NCBI GenBank assembly: GCA_045539475.1
Contig: JAZQFJ010000085.1
Location: 22,320-86,319, forward strand
Direction: 5' to 3'
From: Eubacteriales bacterium
GTDB taxonomy: Bacteria; Bacillota; Clostridia; Oscillospirales; JAAYXM01
Length of the DNA stretch: 64,000 nt
A program made the translations under genes and the position numbers. The notes under the pieces are model-generated. The model was not told the origin of the DNA, ran no database searches, and saw only the letters and a list, made by a program, of their open reading frames with translations. Below are positions 44,389 to 53,570 of the stretch, piece by piece (position 1 is the first letter of the stretch; the number at the start of each line of letters is the position of its first letter).

Positions 44389-47300
44389 TCATGCCACAGC
44401 ATTCGTATTAATTTTTTCAATAACCTTACGGATTCCTGCCCAGACGGAAAGGTCGGTGAATATTTCAACAACGCTTCCGCGGTCTGTGAACGGAGCTTCT
44501 TGCAGGACTGATAAATCCTTCATCATTCCGTTCTGAATGATATATTCAATTATCTGATTGACAAAGTAAATCTGCCTTGCATCAAGGTTTGCGTTGCCGA
44601 GAAATTCCGAAAAAGCTTCTTTGGCGGCGTTCGTATCAAGACCTACGATTTCGCGGACAAATTCCCCAAGCGGTTTCTCACCGTATTCTGCGGCATATTC
44701 CTCTTTTGTGCCGACTTCGCTCCAGAGAATTTTCTCGAGCTCTGATATATCATCCTTTGTAGGCGGGACATTGCTTTTTAACTTTGCAATTGCGCTGTTG
44801 TCCGGATGTTGTCTTACGTAATACTCCGCTTTTGCACGGTAATTTTTAAGATCATCACTATCAAGTTCAGACTCTTTCCACTCTGTTGAAAGAATGTCAT
44901 CACCAAAGTTGGTGTCGTATCTCAAAATATTATGAGGGATATACTTCATCAGATTACGGAGCGATTCGCGGATATGTTCAAATTCATTGATTCCGCAATT
45001 ATCCAGATAATCCGTATGCAAAATTTTATTGATGAGCTCAGATTTTGCTGCTATTTCAGGGATGTTTGCAACGCTTGCGATGCCACTTACTTTTTTAAAC
45101 AAATCGCTTTTGTGTCTGCCATATCCTTTTCCTGCAAGATACGCAAGCTCGATGCCATACATAAGTGCATCAAAACGTACAGCACTTGCCTCGTCATCGT
45201 CCGGTATAATCAAAGGCGCAAGCTCTTCGCAGATAATGAGTGTGTCCTCGTATGTAAGCGATACATAATTTTCCTCATTTGCGTATAGTTCCACATACTT
45301 TAAGTGCTGTTTTACTGCGAAATTATCCTTATTAAGCTCGCGAACCTTTGCTACCATTTCGGAAACCAAGCTTTTGCGGAATGCTATTAAATCTTCCGTC
45401 TGATAAGCAATATCCTGAAGCTTGAAGATGATTTGTGACTTTAAGTTGAATATCGCGCCCTGAAGCGCCATCTGATTTGCCGTAGGCTTTCCTGAGCTCA
45501 TTCTGAAAAACTCAAAGTTTCCGCAGAAGTCGAAAATATAGAACTTTCCTTTATCTTCTCCGTCCAGAAGCCCGGGGCAAAGACGTGTTCCACGCCCTAT
45601 CATCTGCCAGAACTTCGCCTTGCTCATAACCTTCTTGAAGAAAACGAGATTCAAAACCTCCGGCACGTCAATACCGGTATCAAGCATATCAACAGATATT
45701 GCAATCTGCGGAAGCTTTTTCGGTTCGGAAAACTCATCAATCAGGCTTTGGGCATAATTGATTTTGTTGTCAATTACTTTTGCAAAACCGTTAAGATGCG
45801 GATATTCAGAATTGAAAACCTCAAGTATCTTTTCGGCATGGAGATGATTTTTAGCAAATATAATGGTTTTTCCGAGCTTTTCGCCGTACTCAATTTTAAT
45901 TCCGTCTGTCATAAGGACATTCAGCACTTGACGAATTGTGTCACGGTTAAAAATCCACTCATTGAGCGCAGAAGAGCTTATTCTTTCGGGAATTTCTCCC
46001 TCTTCGTCCTCGAATAAGTTTTCGTATTCTTCTTTTTCTTCCTCTGTTAAATCCTCGTAGGTGATACCCTGCTCAATAAACTTGAGTTTCGATTCCACGG
46101 ACATATAATCGACCAGATAACCGTCTTTAACAGCCTCAGCAAGCTCGTAGCCATATGTAGGCACACCGCTTTCAAGCTCGAAAATCTCGTAGGTGTTTTT
46201 ATCTATCTCGTCCTTCGGTGTTGCCGTAAGACCAACAAGAGGCGCATCAAAATAGTTAAAGATATCTCTGTATTTATTATAAATAGAGCGGTGAGCTTCA
46301 TCACAGATTAAAAGGTCAAAATGGCCGCTTGTGAAAAGCTTTCCTTCATCGTCTCTTACTTCATCTATGCAGTTATACATAGTCTGATACGTCGAGAAAA
46401 CGCAGTGTGCTGCGAAGTTATCCTTCTCCTCGCAGAGGTTTGTAACCGATAAATCGGGTAGCAGATTTACAAAGGAACGCTTCGCCTGAGTTACGAGCGA
46501 TGTTCTATCCGCGAGGAAGAGAATATTCTTTACCCAACCGTGCTCTAAAAGCACTTTGCAGAGAGCGATTACCGTTCTTGTTTTACCTGAACCCGTTGCC
46601 ATAACAAGAAGTGCTTTTCTGCGGTTTTTGACATCTAATGCATCACAAACTGCTTTGATAGCACCTTCCTGATAATATCTTCCGGCAATGTTTTTGTCGA
46701 CAATCACATTTTTAAGGCTTGTCCTCATTCTGCGGAGGTTGAACATCTTCTCTAAATCACGCTTTGAATAAATTGTTGCAACGCGTCTCTCGGGATACTG
46801 GCCGTCGTCAATTCTTATTTCAAAACCGTTGGTGAGGAAGATTGCCGGACGTCTGCCATACTGCTTTTCGAGTATATCCGCATAGAGCTTTGCCTGCTGC
46901 CTGCCTTTGGATACATCGGTGCAGGTGCGTTTTGCTTCAATAACCGCGAGTGGCTTATGGGTATCATCGTATAAAACATAATCAGCAAAGCCTACCTCGG
47001 ATTTATTAGGCATACCGGGGAGCTCTACTTCGTTTATCCAGTTTTTGCCCTCAATCCAGCCTGCTTCAGAAAGCTGTGTGTCGATATATATTTTTCTTGT
47101 CTTGAACTCAGATAAATCAAGCGGCTTCGGAACATAAGTCTGCTGCTGTGTCGCGCGGCGCGCGGTGAGCTCGTCCTTCAAGGCTTGATTTTCTGCAATA
47201 AGTTCTTCCAGATCAACCGTCTTTTCAGTAACGAACGACAATGCTTCTTCAGTTGTAAGGTCAAGAAGCGATTTATCAAATTCAGTCTGCTTATACTCTC

Positions 47301-47679
47301 TTGAATAACAACAGGCTACAAAGTCCAAAAAGTAGAATAAATTTTCAACGCATAGCTCGGCTTGCTCTTTTGATATTCTTCTTCCGGAATGTGCTGCATC
47401 ATTTCCCCTGCGACGGATATAATTTATGCGGAAAAGCAAATCGTTTCCCACTATATCTCTGAAGGCTTCGTTTTCGGTGAGCGACTGCAGGCGGTCATCA
47501 TACGGCATTTCCAAATCCTTATCAACGGAATACATCCATTTTACGGCAAACTCCATCGCCCGACGGCAGTTAAGCACACACGCCGACGGGTCAATATGTA
47601 AAATCCTCTCCGCAGAAATCGCGACATCGGAAAACGCAGCAAATTCCGGATCCAGTTTTAAGAAATCAAAGTTTGTCAT
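44389..47679 (-). CDS. hsdR: type I restriction enzyme R subunit
   Basis: 1096 aa. N-terminal DUF4145-like domain. MATGSGKT Walker A and DEAH box (LICDEAH). C-terminal region resembles the EcoEI R C-terminal domain. Confidence 0.9.
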   Translation of the reverse strand: MTNFDFLKLDPEFAAFSDVAISAERILHIDPSACVLNCRRAMEFAVKWMYSVDKDLEMPYDDRLQSLTENEAFRDIVGNDLLFRINYIRRRGNDAAHSGRRISKEQAELCVENLFYFLDFVACCYSREYKQTEFDKSLLDLTTEEALSFVTEKTVDLEELIAENQALKDELTARRATQQQTYVPKPLDLSEFKTRKIYIDTQLSEAGWIEGKNWINEVELPGMPNKSEVGFADYVLYDDTHKPLAVIEAKRTCTDVSKGRQQAKLYADILEKQYGRRPAIFLTNGFEIRIDDGQYPERRVATIYSKRDLEKMFNLRRMRTSLKNVIVDKNIAGRYYQEGAIKAVCDALDVKNRRKALLVMATGSGKTRTVIALCKVLLEHGWVKNILFLADRTSLVTQAKRSFVNLLPDLSVTNLCEEKDNFAAHCVFSTYQTMYNCIDEVRDDEGKLFTSGHFDLLICDEAHRSIYNKYRDIFNYFDAPLVGLTATPKDEIDKNTYEIFELESGVPTYGYELAEAVKDGYLVDYMSVESKLKFIEQGITYEDLTEEEKEEYENLFEDEEGEIPERISSSALNEWIFNRDTIRQVLNVLMTDGIKIEYGEKLGKTIIFAKNHLHAEKILEVFNSEYPHLNGFAKVIDNKINYAQSLIDEFSEPKKLPQIAISVDMLDTGIDVPEVLNLVFFKKVMSKAKFWQMIGRGTRLCPGLLDGEDKGKFYIFDFCGNFEFFRMSSGKPTANQMALQGAIFNLKSQIIFKLQDIAYQTEDLIAFRKSLVSEMVAKVRELNKDNFAVKQHLKYVELYANEENYVSLTYEDTLIICEELAPLIIPDDDEASAVRFDALMYGIELAYLAGKGYGRHKSDLFKKVSGIASVANIPEIAAKSELINKILHTDYLDNCGINEFEHIRESLRNLMKYIPHNILRYDTNFGDDILSTEWKESELDSDDLKNYRAKAEYYVRQHPDNSAIAKLKSNVPPTKDDISELEKILWSEVGTKEEYAAEYGEKPLGEFVREIVGLDTNAAKEAFSEFLGNANLDARQIYFVNQIIEYIIQNGMMKDLSVLQEAPFTDRGSVVEIFTDLSVWAGIRKVIEKINTNAVA

Positions 47680-47703
47680 TGTGGGTCACCTTCTGATTTG
47701 TAT

Positions 47704-48696
47704 TCATATGGAAACTATCTTTATTTGAATATCTTCGATCACATTATTAGGAGCAAATTTGTGTGCATCGGAAAGTCTTTTTAAATATTTTTCTATTAAC
47801 ATATCATATTCATTGAAATTAACATTATCAAAAAACGTCTTGTATAATTCACTCCCTACACTTGTTAACAAATATGCATCTACTGTAAATTTAACATCAG
47901 ATTCACTGTTGTTTCTTATTTCTACTTTTTTATCATAACTATATACACTCTCGCTTTCGGTAGGTTTCAAGTCAAAACCTACTGAAATAAGTCTGTCATA
48001 CGTTAGAAGTCCTGTATCTCGCAATGTTAGTATGTCTGGGAATGTTATTCCTGCTTCATTCAAAATATCCTTAGGCGTTTCTTCGTCGATTAAAAAATAG
48101 TCTTGAAAGCTTTTACTATTATCTCCTACGCAGTGCAACACATATGGCGCGATTTTTTGAAAAATCACAACTTCTTTATGTGTCAATTTTCTCAAAGTAT
48201 CTAATGTTCTTATTGATACACTTCCGGGCTGTTTTATTTCTCCTGCCAAAAGTTTACCCCATAATATCTGCATTTTTTCATCGCTCACATTGGCTATGAA
48301 GTTAAAAAAAGAACTTATCCAGTCTTCATTCACTGGCTCGTTACTTACTTCTTCAATTTTTTCTAAAGTGGCATATGCATTTGCTATTGCAGATTCAATG
48401 TTCTGCTGCTTTTTCATTTCTTGAAACATAAATCTATTTTCTGCTCTTCTTAGCAAATCCACTCCTTCTGATGTAATTGTAACGCCCATATCATCATACT
48501 TTATCGGTAGTTGATAATTATCACATATTCCATCGCTGATTAGTTTAATTCCAGAGGCTTTTGCTTTGGCTATTCTCTTTATGTGCGTGGGCTCGTATAT
48601 TCTCCCAAGACCGCATGATACAGTTTCGATCAATTTAGTCAACGGCTGTGATAATCCTAAAACATCTGAAATTTCTATTGCTTTAATGTCACTCAT
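47704..48696 (-). CDS. uncharacterised protein nested in the R-M operon (DUF2806-like by recollection)
   Basis: 330 aa. The central block DWISSFFNFIANVSDEKMQILWGKLLAGEIKQPGSVSIRTLDTLRKLTHKEV resembles the DUF2806 signature as I remember it. No catalytic motif recognised. Confidence 0.6.
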   Translation of the reverse strand: MSDIKAIEISDVLGLSQPLTKLIETVSCGLGRIYEPTHIKRIAKAKASGIKLISDGICDNYQLPIKYDDMGVTITSEGVDLLRRAENRFMFQEMKKQQNIESAIANAYATLEKIEEVSNEPVNEDWISSFFNFIANVSDEKMQILWGKLLAGEIKQPGSVSIRTLDTLRKLTHKEVVIFQKIAPYVLHCVGDNSKSFQDYFLIDEETPKDILNEAGITFPDILTLRDTGLLTYDRLISVGFDLKPTESESVYSYDKKVEIRNNSESDVKFTVDAYLLTSVGSELYKTFFDNVNFNEYDMLIEKYLKRLSDAHKFAPNNVIEDIQIKIVSI

Positions 48697-48714
48697 ATCT
48701 AATTTTACGTCCTC

Positions 48715-49827
48715 TCACCCAAAATATTTTTGCATTAGTGCTTTTTTGAGAAGTTCTAATTTCTCAAGGCTTTTTTGTATTTCCAATTTTGATTTGTCGG
48801 TCTGTTCGACAAAGTTGGCGAACTGATTTTGAAGTTCGATTGGTGGAACAGGCAAATTAAATCCAGATAACTGTTCCTTATTTACTTTAGGCATATTTGC
48901 TCGTCTGCTAAAAGGCAGAATATAATCCAAAAAGAACTCAGAACGCATTACATACCCAAGATAAATTCTCAAACAAATATTCTCTTTTGGCAGGATTGGA
49001 TATGCATCTGCTGAACACAGCCCTTCAAAATCAGGCATAGCGACTTTGTTTAGACTAGGACGAATTTTGCTATAAATTATGTGCTTATCTGTAAATAGAT
49101 ACTTGCCACTAATAACACCATCTTCTGCAATTGTTCTATATCCAAATAGCTTTCCTGTATTCTTTTCAATACTGTCTATACCTATGTGAGGATAGTTCGC
49201 ATATTTTTCATAATCATTCACCATTACAGTATCTATATCAGCAACTTCAAGTAAATTTTTAATTTCCCATTCAAAAGGATTCGTTTTCAAATCACCAAAC
49301 AGTTCGACAAATCGTGCTTTGACAAGCTCGTCCAGTTTTGAAAGTTGTTGTTTGCGCTTTACTATAAGTTCATCCAAATTATGCAACGAGTTCGCAATTA
49401 CATTCTGCGTTTCATATGTAGTTATCGGAATCTCTACTTTATTTAATTCCTTTGCAGATAGATGCTTCACTGTAACAAACGGTGTCTTATCTTCGATGGC
49501 TTTTAAAGCTGTTGGCATATAGTAAAAAATATAATTTTTGCAAATTTCGTTATGTGGAATGAGTTTGCATACTCGTTGATTAAGTACCGCTTCTCCACCT
49601 TTCCATAAGGCAATATTAAACTCTCCGTCCATCCCTATCAATATATCACCATCATGGACAATATAATTGTCAGGACATTCTTCTGTTGTGTATGTTTCTG
49701 AATATCCCCTAACAACGTCTCTTATCCTTACAAGGGGTTTTCCTTTTGTATCTGAAAATAAATTTGAATCAAAAGCGTAACCATATTGTATATCGCAAAT
49801 ATCAGTAAGCAATACTTTCTCCATCAC
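48715..49827 (-). CDS. hsdS: type I restriction-modification S subunit
   Basis: 370 aa with two target-recognition domains separated by conserved helical spacers (...LDELIVKRKQQLSKLDELVKARFVELFG... and ...SLEKLELLKKALMQKYF). Confidence 0.9.
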   Translation of the reverse strand: MMEKVLLTDICDIQYGYAFDSNLFSDTKGKPLVRIRDVVRGYSETYTTEECPDNYIVHDGDILIGMDGEFNIALWKGGEAVLNQRVCKLIPHNEICKNYIFYYMPTALKAIEDKTPFVTVKHLSAKELNKVEIPITTYETQNVIANSLHNLDELIVKRKQQLSKLDELVKARFVELFGDLKTNPFEWEIKNLLEVADIDTVMVNDYEKYANYPHIGIDSIEKNTGKLFGYRTIAEDGVISGKYLFTDKHIIYSKIRPSLNKVAMPDFEGLCSADAYPILPKENICLRIYLGYVMRSEFFLDYILPFSRRANMPKVNKEQLSGFNLPVPPIELQNQFANFVEQTDKSKLEIQKSLEKLELLKKALMQKYFG

Positions 49828-50864
49828 AGCATTTCCTCCGGCAAGATAAATCTGTCGAAATCGCTTTTATATAATCTGTCCTGAACTACTCTATACTTTT
49901 CAAACTCGCTGAGTGCGTGCATATGGGCAAGCTCTGCAGATACTTTTCCCGCATCTTGCAGAATTTCTCTGTCCCACACCTTCAAAAATCCGTTCAGGCG
50001 CTCTTCCCAGTCCGCCATAGTCATCGGTATATGCCTTTGTGCCTGCATTTCTGCCATATCCAGGTATGCCGATACAATCCTTTCAAGCTGGTCAAGCTCG
50101 TTTTCGGTGAGATAATTCTTAGCAACAATTACGTCGTATTTATGGATTTTGCTTTGCGGGGAACCGTCCCAACTTGTAAGTCCCATGTTTGTTTTTTCGG
50201 CATCGGCTCTGTGATATATAACCTCTGCGGCAGTCTGACCGTGTATACTGTAGTGTAATTTGTTTTGAACAGCAGCAAAGAATCTTTTTGTTGCGCTTGC
50301 TGATGGGTCATAATCAAGAGCGGTAGCATAAATGTCAGTGATTTTTTGATAAAACTTACGCTCGGACAAGCGAATTTCACGGATTTTTTCGAGCTGTTTT
50401 TCGAAGTATTCTTTAGTAAGAACAGAACCACCGTTTTTAAGGCGTTCGTCATCCATTACCCAGCCTTGAATAGTGTAATCCTTTACAATTGCGTTTGCCC
50501 ATTTGCGGAACTGCACGGCTCTTTCATTATTCACTTTGAACCCTACAGCAATAATCGCCTGAAGACTATAGTGGTCTGTTTTTCTCGATACTTCTCTTGT
50601 TCCTTCTTTTTGAACTATTAAGTATTTCTTAATAGTTGAATCCGGATCAAGCTCTTGATCTTCATATATTTTTTTCAAATGCTGATTTACAGCTGAAACA
50701 GATACATCGTATAATGTAGCCATCATTTTTTGTGTTAGCCAAATGTTCTCATCCTCGTAACGCATTTCGATGCTTTTTTCATCATCGCCCGTTGAGGCGA
50801 TAAAGGTAAGATATTCAGCCGCAGAAGAGCGAATTGTTATTTCTTTCTTTTTCTTATTAGTCAT
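49824..50864 (-). CDS. RhuM-family protein nested between hsdM and hsdS
   Basis: 346 aa. LTQKMMATLYDVSVSAVNQHLKKIY...AVGFKVNNERAVQFRKWA matches RhuM-type proteins. ATGA overlap with hsdS and 8-nt overlap with hsdM. Confidence 0.75.
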   Translation of the reverse strand: MTNKKKKEITIRSSAAEYLTFIASTGDDEKSIEMRYEDENIWLTQKMMATLYDVSVSAVNQHLKKIYEDQELDPDSTIKKYLIVQKEGTREVSRKTDHYSLQAIIAVGFKVNNERAVQFRKWANAIVKDYTIQGWVMDDERLKNGGSVLTKEYFEKQLEKIREIRLSERKFYQKITDIYATALDYDPSASATKRFFAAVQNKLHYSIHGQTAAEVIYHRADAEKTNMGLTSWDGSPQSKIHKYDVIVAKNYLTENELDQLERIVSAYLDMAEMQAQRHIPMTMADWEERLNGFLKVWDREILQDAGKVSAELAHMHALSEFEKYRVVQDRLYKSDFDRFILPEEML

Positions 50865-52359
50865 TTAGCATTTCCTCCAATTCTGCAAGTCTTGATGTTA
50901 TTTCCATTTCAAGCTCATGGAGATCTGCCATAATTTCAGCGGTTGAAGGATATTCTACTGGGATATATTCCACCTCTTTATATTTATTTATAGAGAGATC
51001 GTAGTCGTTATTTACAATATCGTCTTTATCCACAAAGAAAGACTGTTCGGTCTTTGCTCTGCCTTCTTCTTCATCAAGATTATGGAATCTTTCAATGATA
51101 TCAGGAATATCATTTTCGGCTACCGGCATTCTCTTATCGTCAAGGCTATATCCGTCTGCTTTCATATCGTAGAACCATACTTTATCTGTTCCACCGTGGC
51201 CTGTTTTTGTAAATATAAGTATAGCGGTGGAAACTCCGGCATACGGCTTAAACACACCGGAGGGCATGGATACAACAGCCTCAAGGCGATTATTTTCAAT
51301 AATTTCTTTTCTTATTGCCTTGTGTGCAGTTGATGAGCCGAAGAGCACACCGTCAGGAACGATGCAGGCGCATCTGCCGCCGATGTTGAGCATACGAAGG
51401 AACAGTGCAAGGAACAGAAGCTCTGTCTTTTTCGTCTTGCACATTTTTAATAAATCAGCCGAAACTATATCATAGTCAAGGCTACCCTTAAAAGGCGGAT
51501 TTGCAAGGATGAGAGAATACTTGTTCCTGTCCGCGTTCTGGTCGGAAAGACTGTCGCGGTATTCGATAAAGGGACTGTCTATCCCGTGAGTCATCATATT
51601 CATGGCACCGATACGGAGCATGGTTCTGTCCATATCGTAACCGAAGAACAGTGAATTCATATAGTGGTCTTTTTTCTGCTTGTTGAAGAAAATCTCTTCT
51701 TTATAATTCTCCTTTAAATATTCACCGGCAGATACCAGGAAGCCGCTTGTGCCACACGCGGGATCGCAGATAACATCGTCCGGTTTTGGCTGCATCATGG
51801 CAACTATCATTTTTATGATATGGCGCGGTGTGCGAAACTGACCGTTGAGTCCGGACTGTGCAATTTTATTGAGGAGATATTCGTACACATCACCGCGCAC
51901 ATCGGCATCGGAGGAGCTTTTCATAAGCTCATAAATATCATCGAGGCTTGTTACGACCTTGTCGAGCAAAAGGGGAGTGGGGAGCTTGAAGATTGCATCA
52001 TCCATATATTTTGAGTATGCGCTGTCTTTATCTGCGTGGAGGTTCTTAATAAACGGGAAAACCCATTCCTGCATAACTGTGTACATTTTGCCTGCGGGGA
52101 AATCGCGGAAGGTTGACCACTTAAGCTGATTTCCGTCGATTTTACGCTCTCCGATTGAAACCTCATCCGCAAAGATGCTTTTATGCGGAAGTCCGAGCAT
52201 GGCGCTTTCCTTTGCTCTGAGGTTATCGGTATCGTCAAGGTCGTGTATAAACATTAAATATGTAATCTGCTCGATAACATCAAGGGGGTTAACAAGTCCC
52301 CCTGATGCAAATACATCCCAAAGACCGTCAATTTTATTTTTAAGTTCACCTGTAATCAT
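50857..52359 (-). CDS. hsdM: type I restriction-modification M subunit (N6-adenine methyltransferase)
   Basis: DPACGTSGF (motif I) and NPPF (motif IV). 500 aa. Confidence 0.95.
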   Translation of the reverse strand: MITGELKNKIDGLWDVFASGGLVNPLDVIEQITYLMFIHDLDDTDNLRAKESAMLGLPHKSIFADEVSIGERKIDGNQLKWSTFRDFPAGKMYTVMQEWVFPFIKNLHADKDSAYSKYMDDAIFKLPTPLLLDKVVTSLDDIYELMKSSSDADVRGDVYEYLLNKIAQSGLNGQFRTPRHIIKMIVAMMQPKPDDVICDPACGTSGFLVSAGEYLKENYKEEIFFNKQKKDHYMNSLFFGYDMDRTMLRIGAMNMMTHGIDSPFIEYRDSLSDQNADRNKYSLILANPPFKGSLDYDIVSADLLKMCKTKKTELLFLALFLRMLNIGGRCACIVPDGVLFGSSTAHKAIRKEIIENNRLEAVVSMPSGVFKPYAGVSTAILIFTKTGHGGTDKVWFYDMKADGYSLDDKRMPVAENDIPDIIERFHNLDEEEGRAKTEQSFFVDKDDIVNNDYDLSINKYKEVEYIPVEYPSTAEIMADLHELEMEITSRLAELEEMLND

Positions 52360-52469
52360 TTTTTACTCGTCCTCTCTGTTCCAGATGTAGGAAGTGTATC
52401 TTCCGCCGCTTCTCATAATTCGGCTTCGAGTTTTCGGATGTTTATCATGAGTTTTTTCTAAAGTATTAT

Positions 52470-53387
52470 TTACCCCAATATTTCCAAATACTGTTGCATT
52501 CTTTCCTCAACATACCCTGCAACTAGTTCAATCATAGCCTCCGCATTATCGTTCTTATAGAACTCATCAAATGCATCGTAATACTGTTTTCTGTCTGCAA
52601 ATTTCACATTGATTGCCGGGTAACCGTTTTGAATAAGGTCGAGGTTTAAAAGCAATCTTCCGCAGCGGCCGTTGCCGTCGATAAACGGATGTATCCCTTC
52701 AAATTCAAGATGAAATCTTGCGATTCTTTCGATGGGGTGCATTTTTCTTTTTCGCTTTTCATTTGTATTGATTAGTTCTGTGATTTTGGGCTCAATCAGA
52801 TACGGTTGAACAGGCTCTGTATATGCTCCCATAATGGTTACGGGAATTTTGCGAAAAACGCCTTTATCATCAGGTCTGTTCATAAGCACAAGTGAATGTA
52901 TATTTTTAATCACGCTTTCGGTGATTTTCGTATCTTTTGCAATATCTTCAACATAGAGGAATGCATCTCTGTGTCCAACTGCCTCAAGGTGGTCTTTAAG
53001 TGGTTTCTGATCGATTGTCATCCCCTCAAGTACCATTGCAGTTTCTTTTAAAGTGAGTGTGTTTCCTTCGATTGCGTTGGAGTTATAGGTGAAGTCCACC
53101 ATGAATTGCTCGCGCAATCTCTCTGCTTCTCCTTTTGTCAGCGGCCTTTTGCTGTCAAGCAGTGCTTTTAATTCGTCTATTCTGGAAAAAAGAGGAACAA
53201 GAGCTTCCGGAATTTCTGTTTTGTTCTTGATGCGCATATCGGTTGGTTTTTTTGCATTTTCAGGAATAAAATAGAGCTTTCCCTTTTGAATAACACCGTC
53301 TATTCTGTTTTGGGCGCACAAAATACGGACTCTTCTCGGAGAGAGCCCCCATTTTTCTGCTGCTTGTGATACCTTGATATATTCCAT
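52470..53387 (-). CDS. Fic family protein with N-terminal HTH
   Basis: HPFIDGNGRCGR Fic motif and SNAIEGN inhibitory motif. The N-terminal HTH is VSQAAEKWGLSPRRVRILC. AAGAGG RBS supports ATG 53387 over the track start at 53414. Confidence 0.85.
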   Translation of the reverse strand: MEYIKVSQAAEKWGLSPRRVRILCAQNRIDGVIQKGKLYFIPENAKKPTDMRIKNKTEIPEALVPLFSRIDELKALLDSKRPLTKGEAERLREQFMVDFTYNSNAIEGNTLTLKETAMVLEGMTIDQKPLKDHLEAVGHRDAFLYVEDIAKDTKITESVIKNIHSLVLMNRPDDKGVFRKIPVTIMGAYTEPVQPYLIEPKITELINTNEKRKRKMHPIERIARFHLEFEGIHPFIDGNGRCGRLLLNLDLIQNGYPAINVKFADRKQYYDAFDEFYKNDNAEAMIELVAGYVEERMQQYLEILG

Positions 53388-53418
53388 AATATTACCTCTT
53401 TTACTTTTGCTCATTTAT

Positions 53419-53447
53419 ATTATAATGCTTTTTGGGAATAAAATCAA
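53419..53447 (-). promoter_or_regulatory. candidate sigma-A promoter of the HTH-Fic gene
   Basis: On the minus strand: TTGATT (53442-53447), 17-nt spacer, TATAAT (53419-53424). Overlaps one arm of an inverted repeat. Confidence 0.4.
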
Positions 53448-53570
53448 CTTTTTTCTTGGTTTCGTTTTGTATTATTCCCCAAAATTATATAAAAACTATT
53501 TGTATTTCAACTTCGTTTATGTTATAATTAGTTTATAAATGATGATACAACGAACTTTTGGGGTGATTAT

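Noticed and set aside
48715-49827. Phase-variable hsdS shuffling: looked for a second partial hsdS copy or inverted repeats that the nearby resolvase could invert.
   Set aside because: The window contains only one hsdS, and I saw no inverted hsdS fragments. The resolvase is separated from hsdS by hsdR and the nested ORF.
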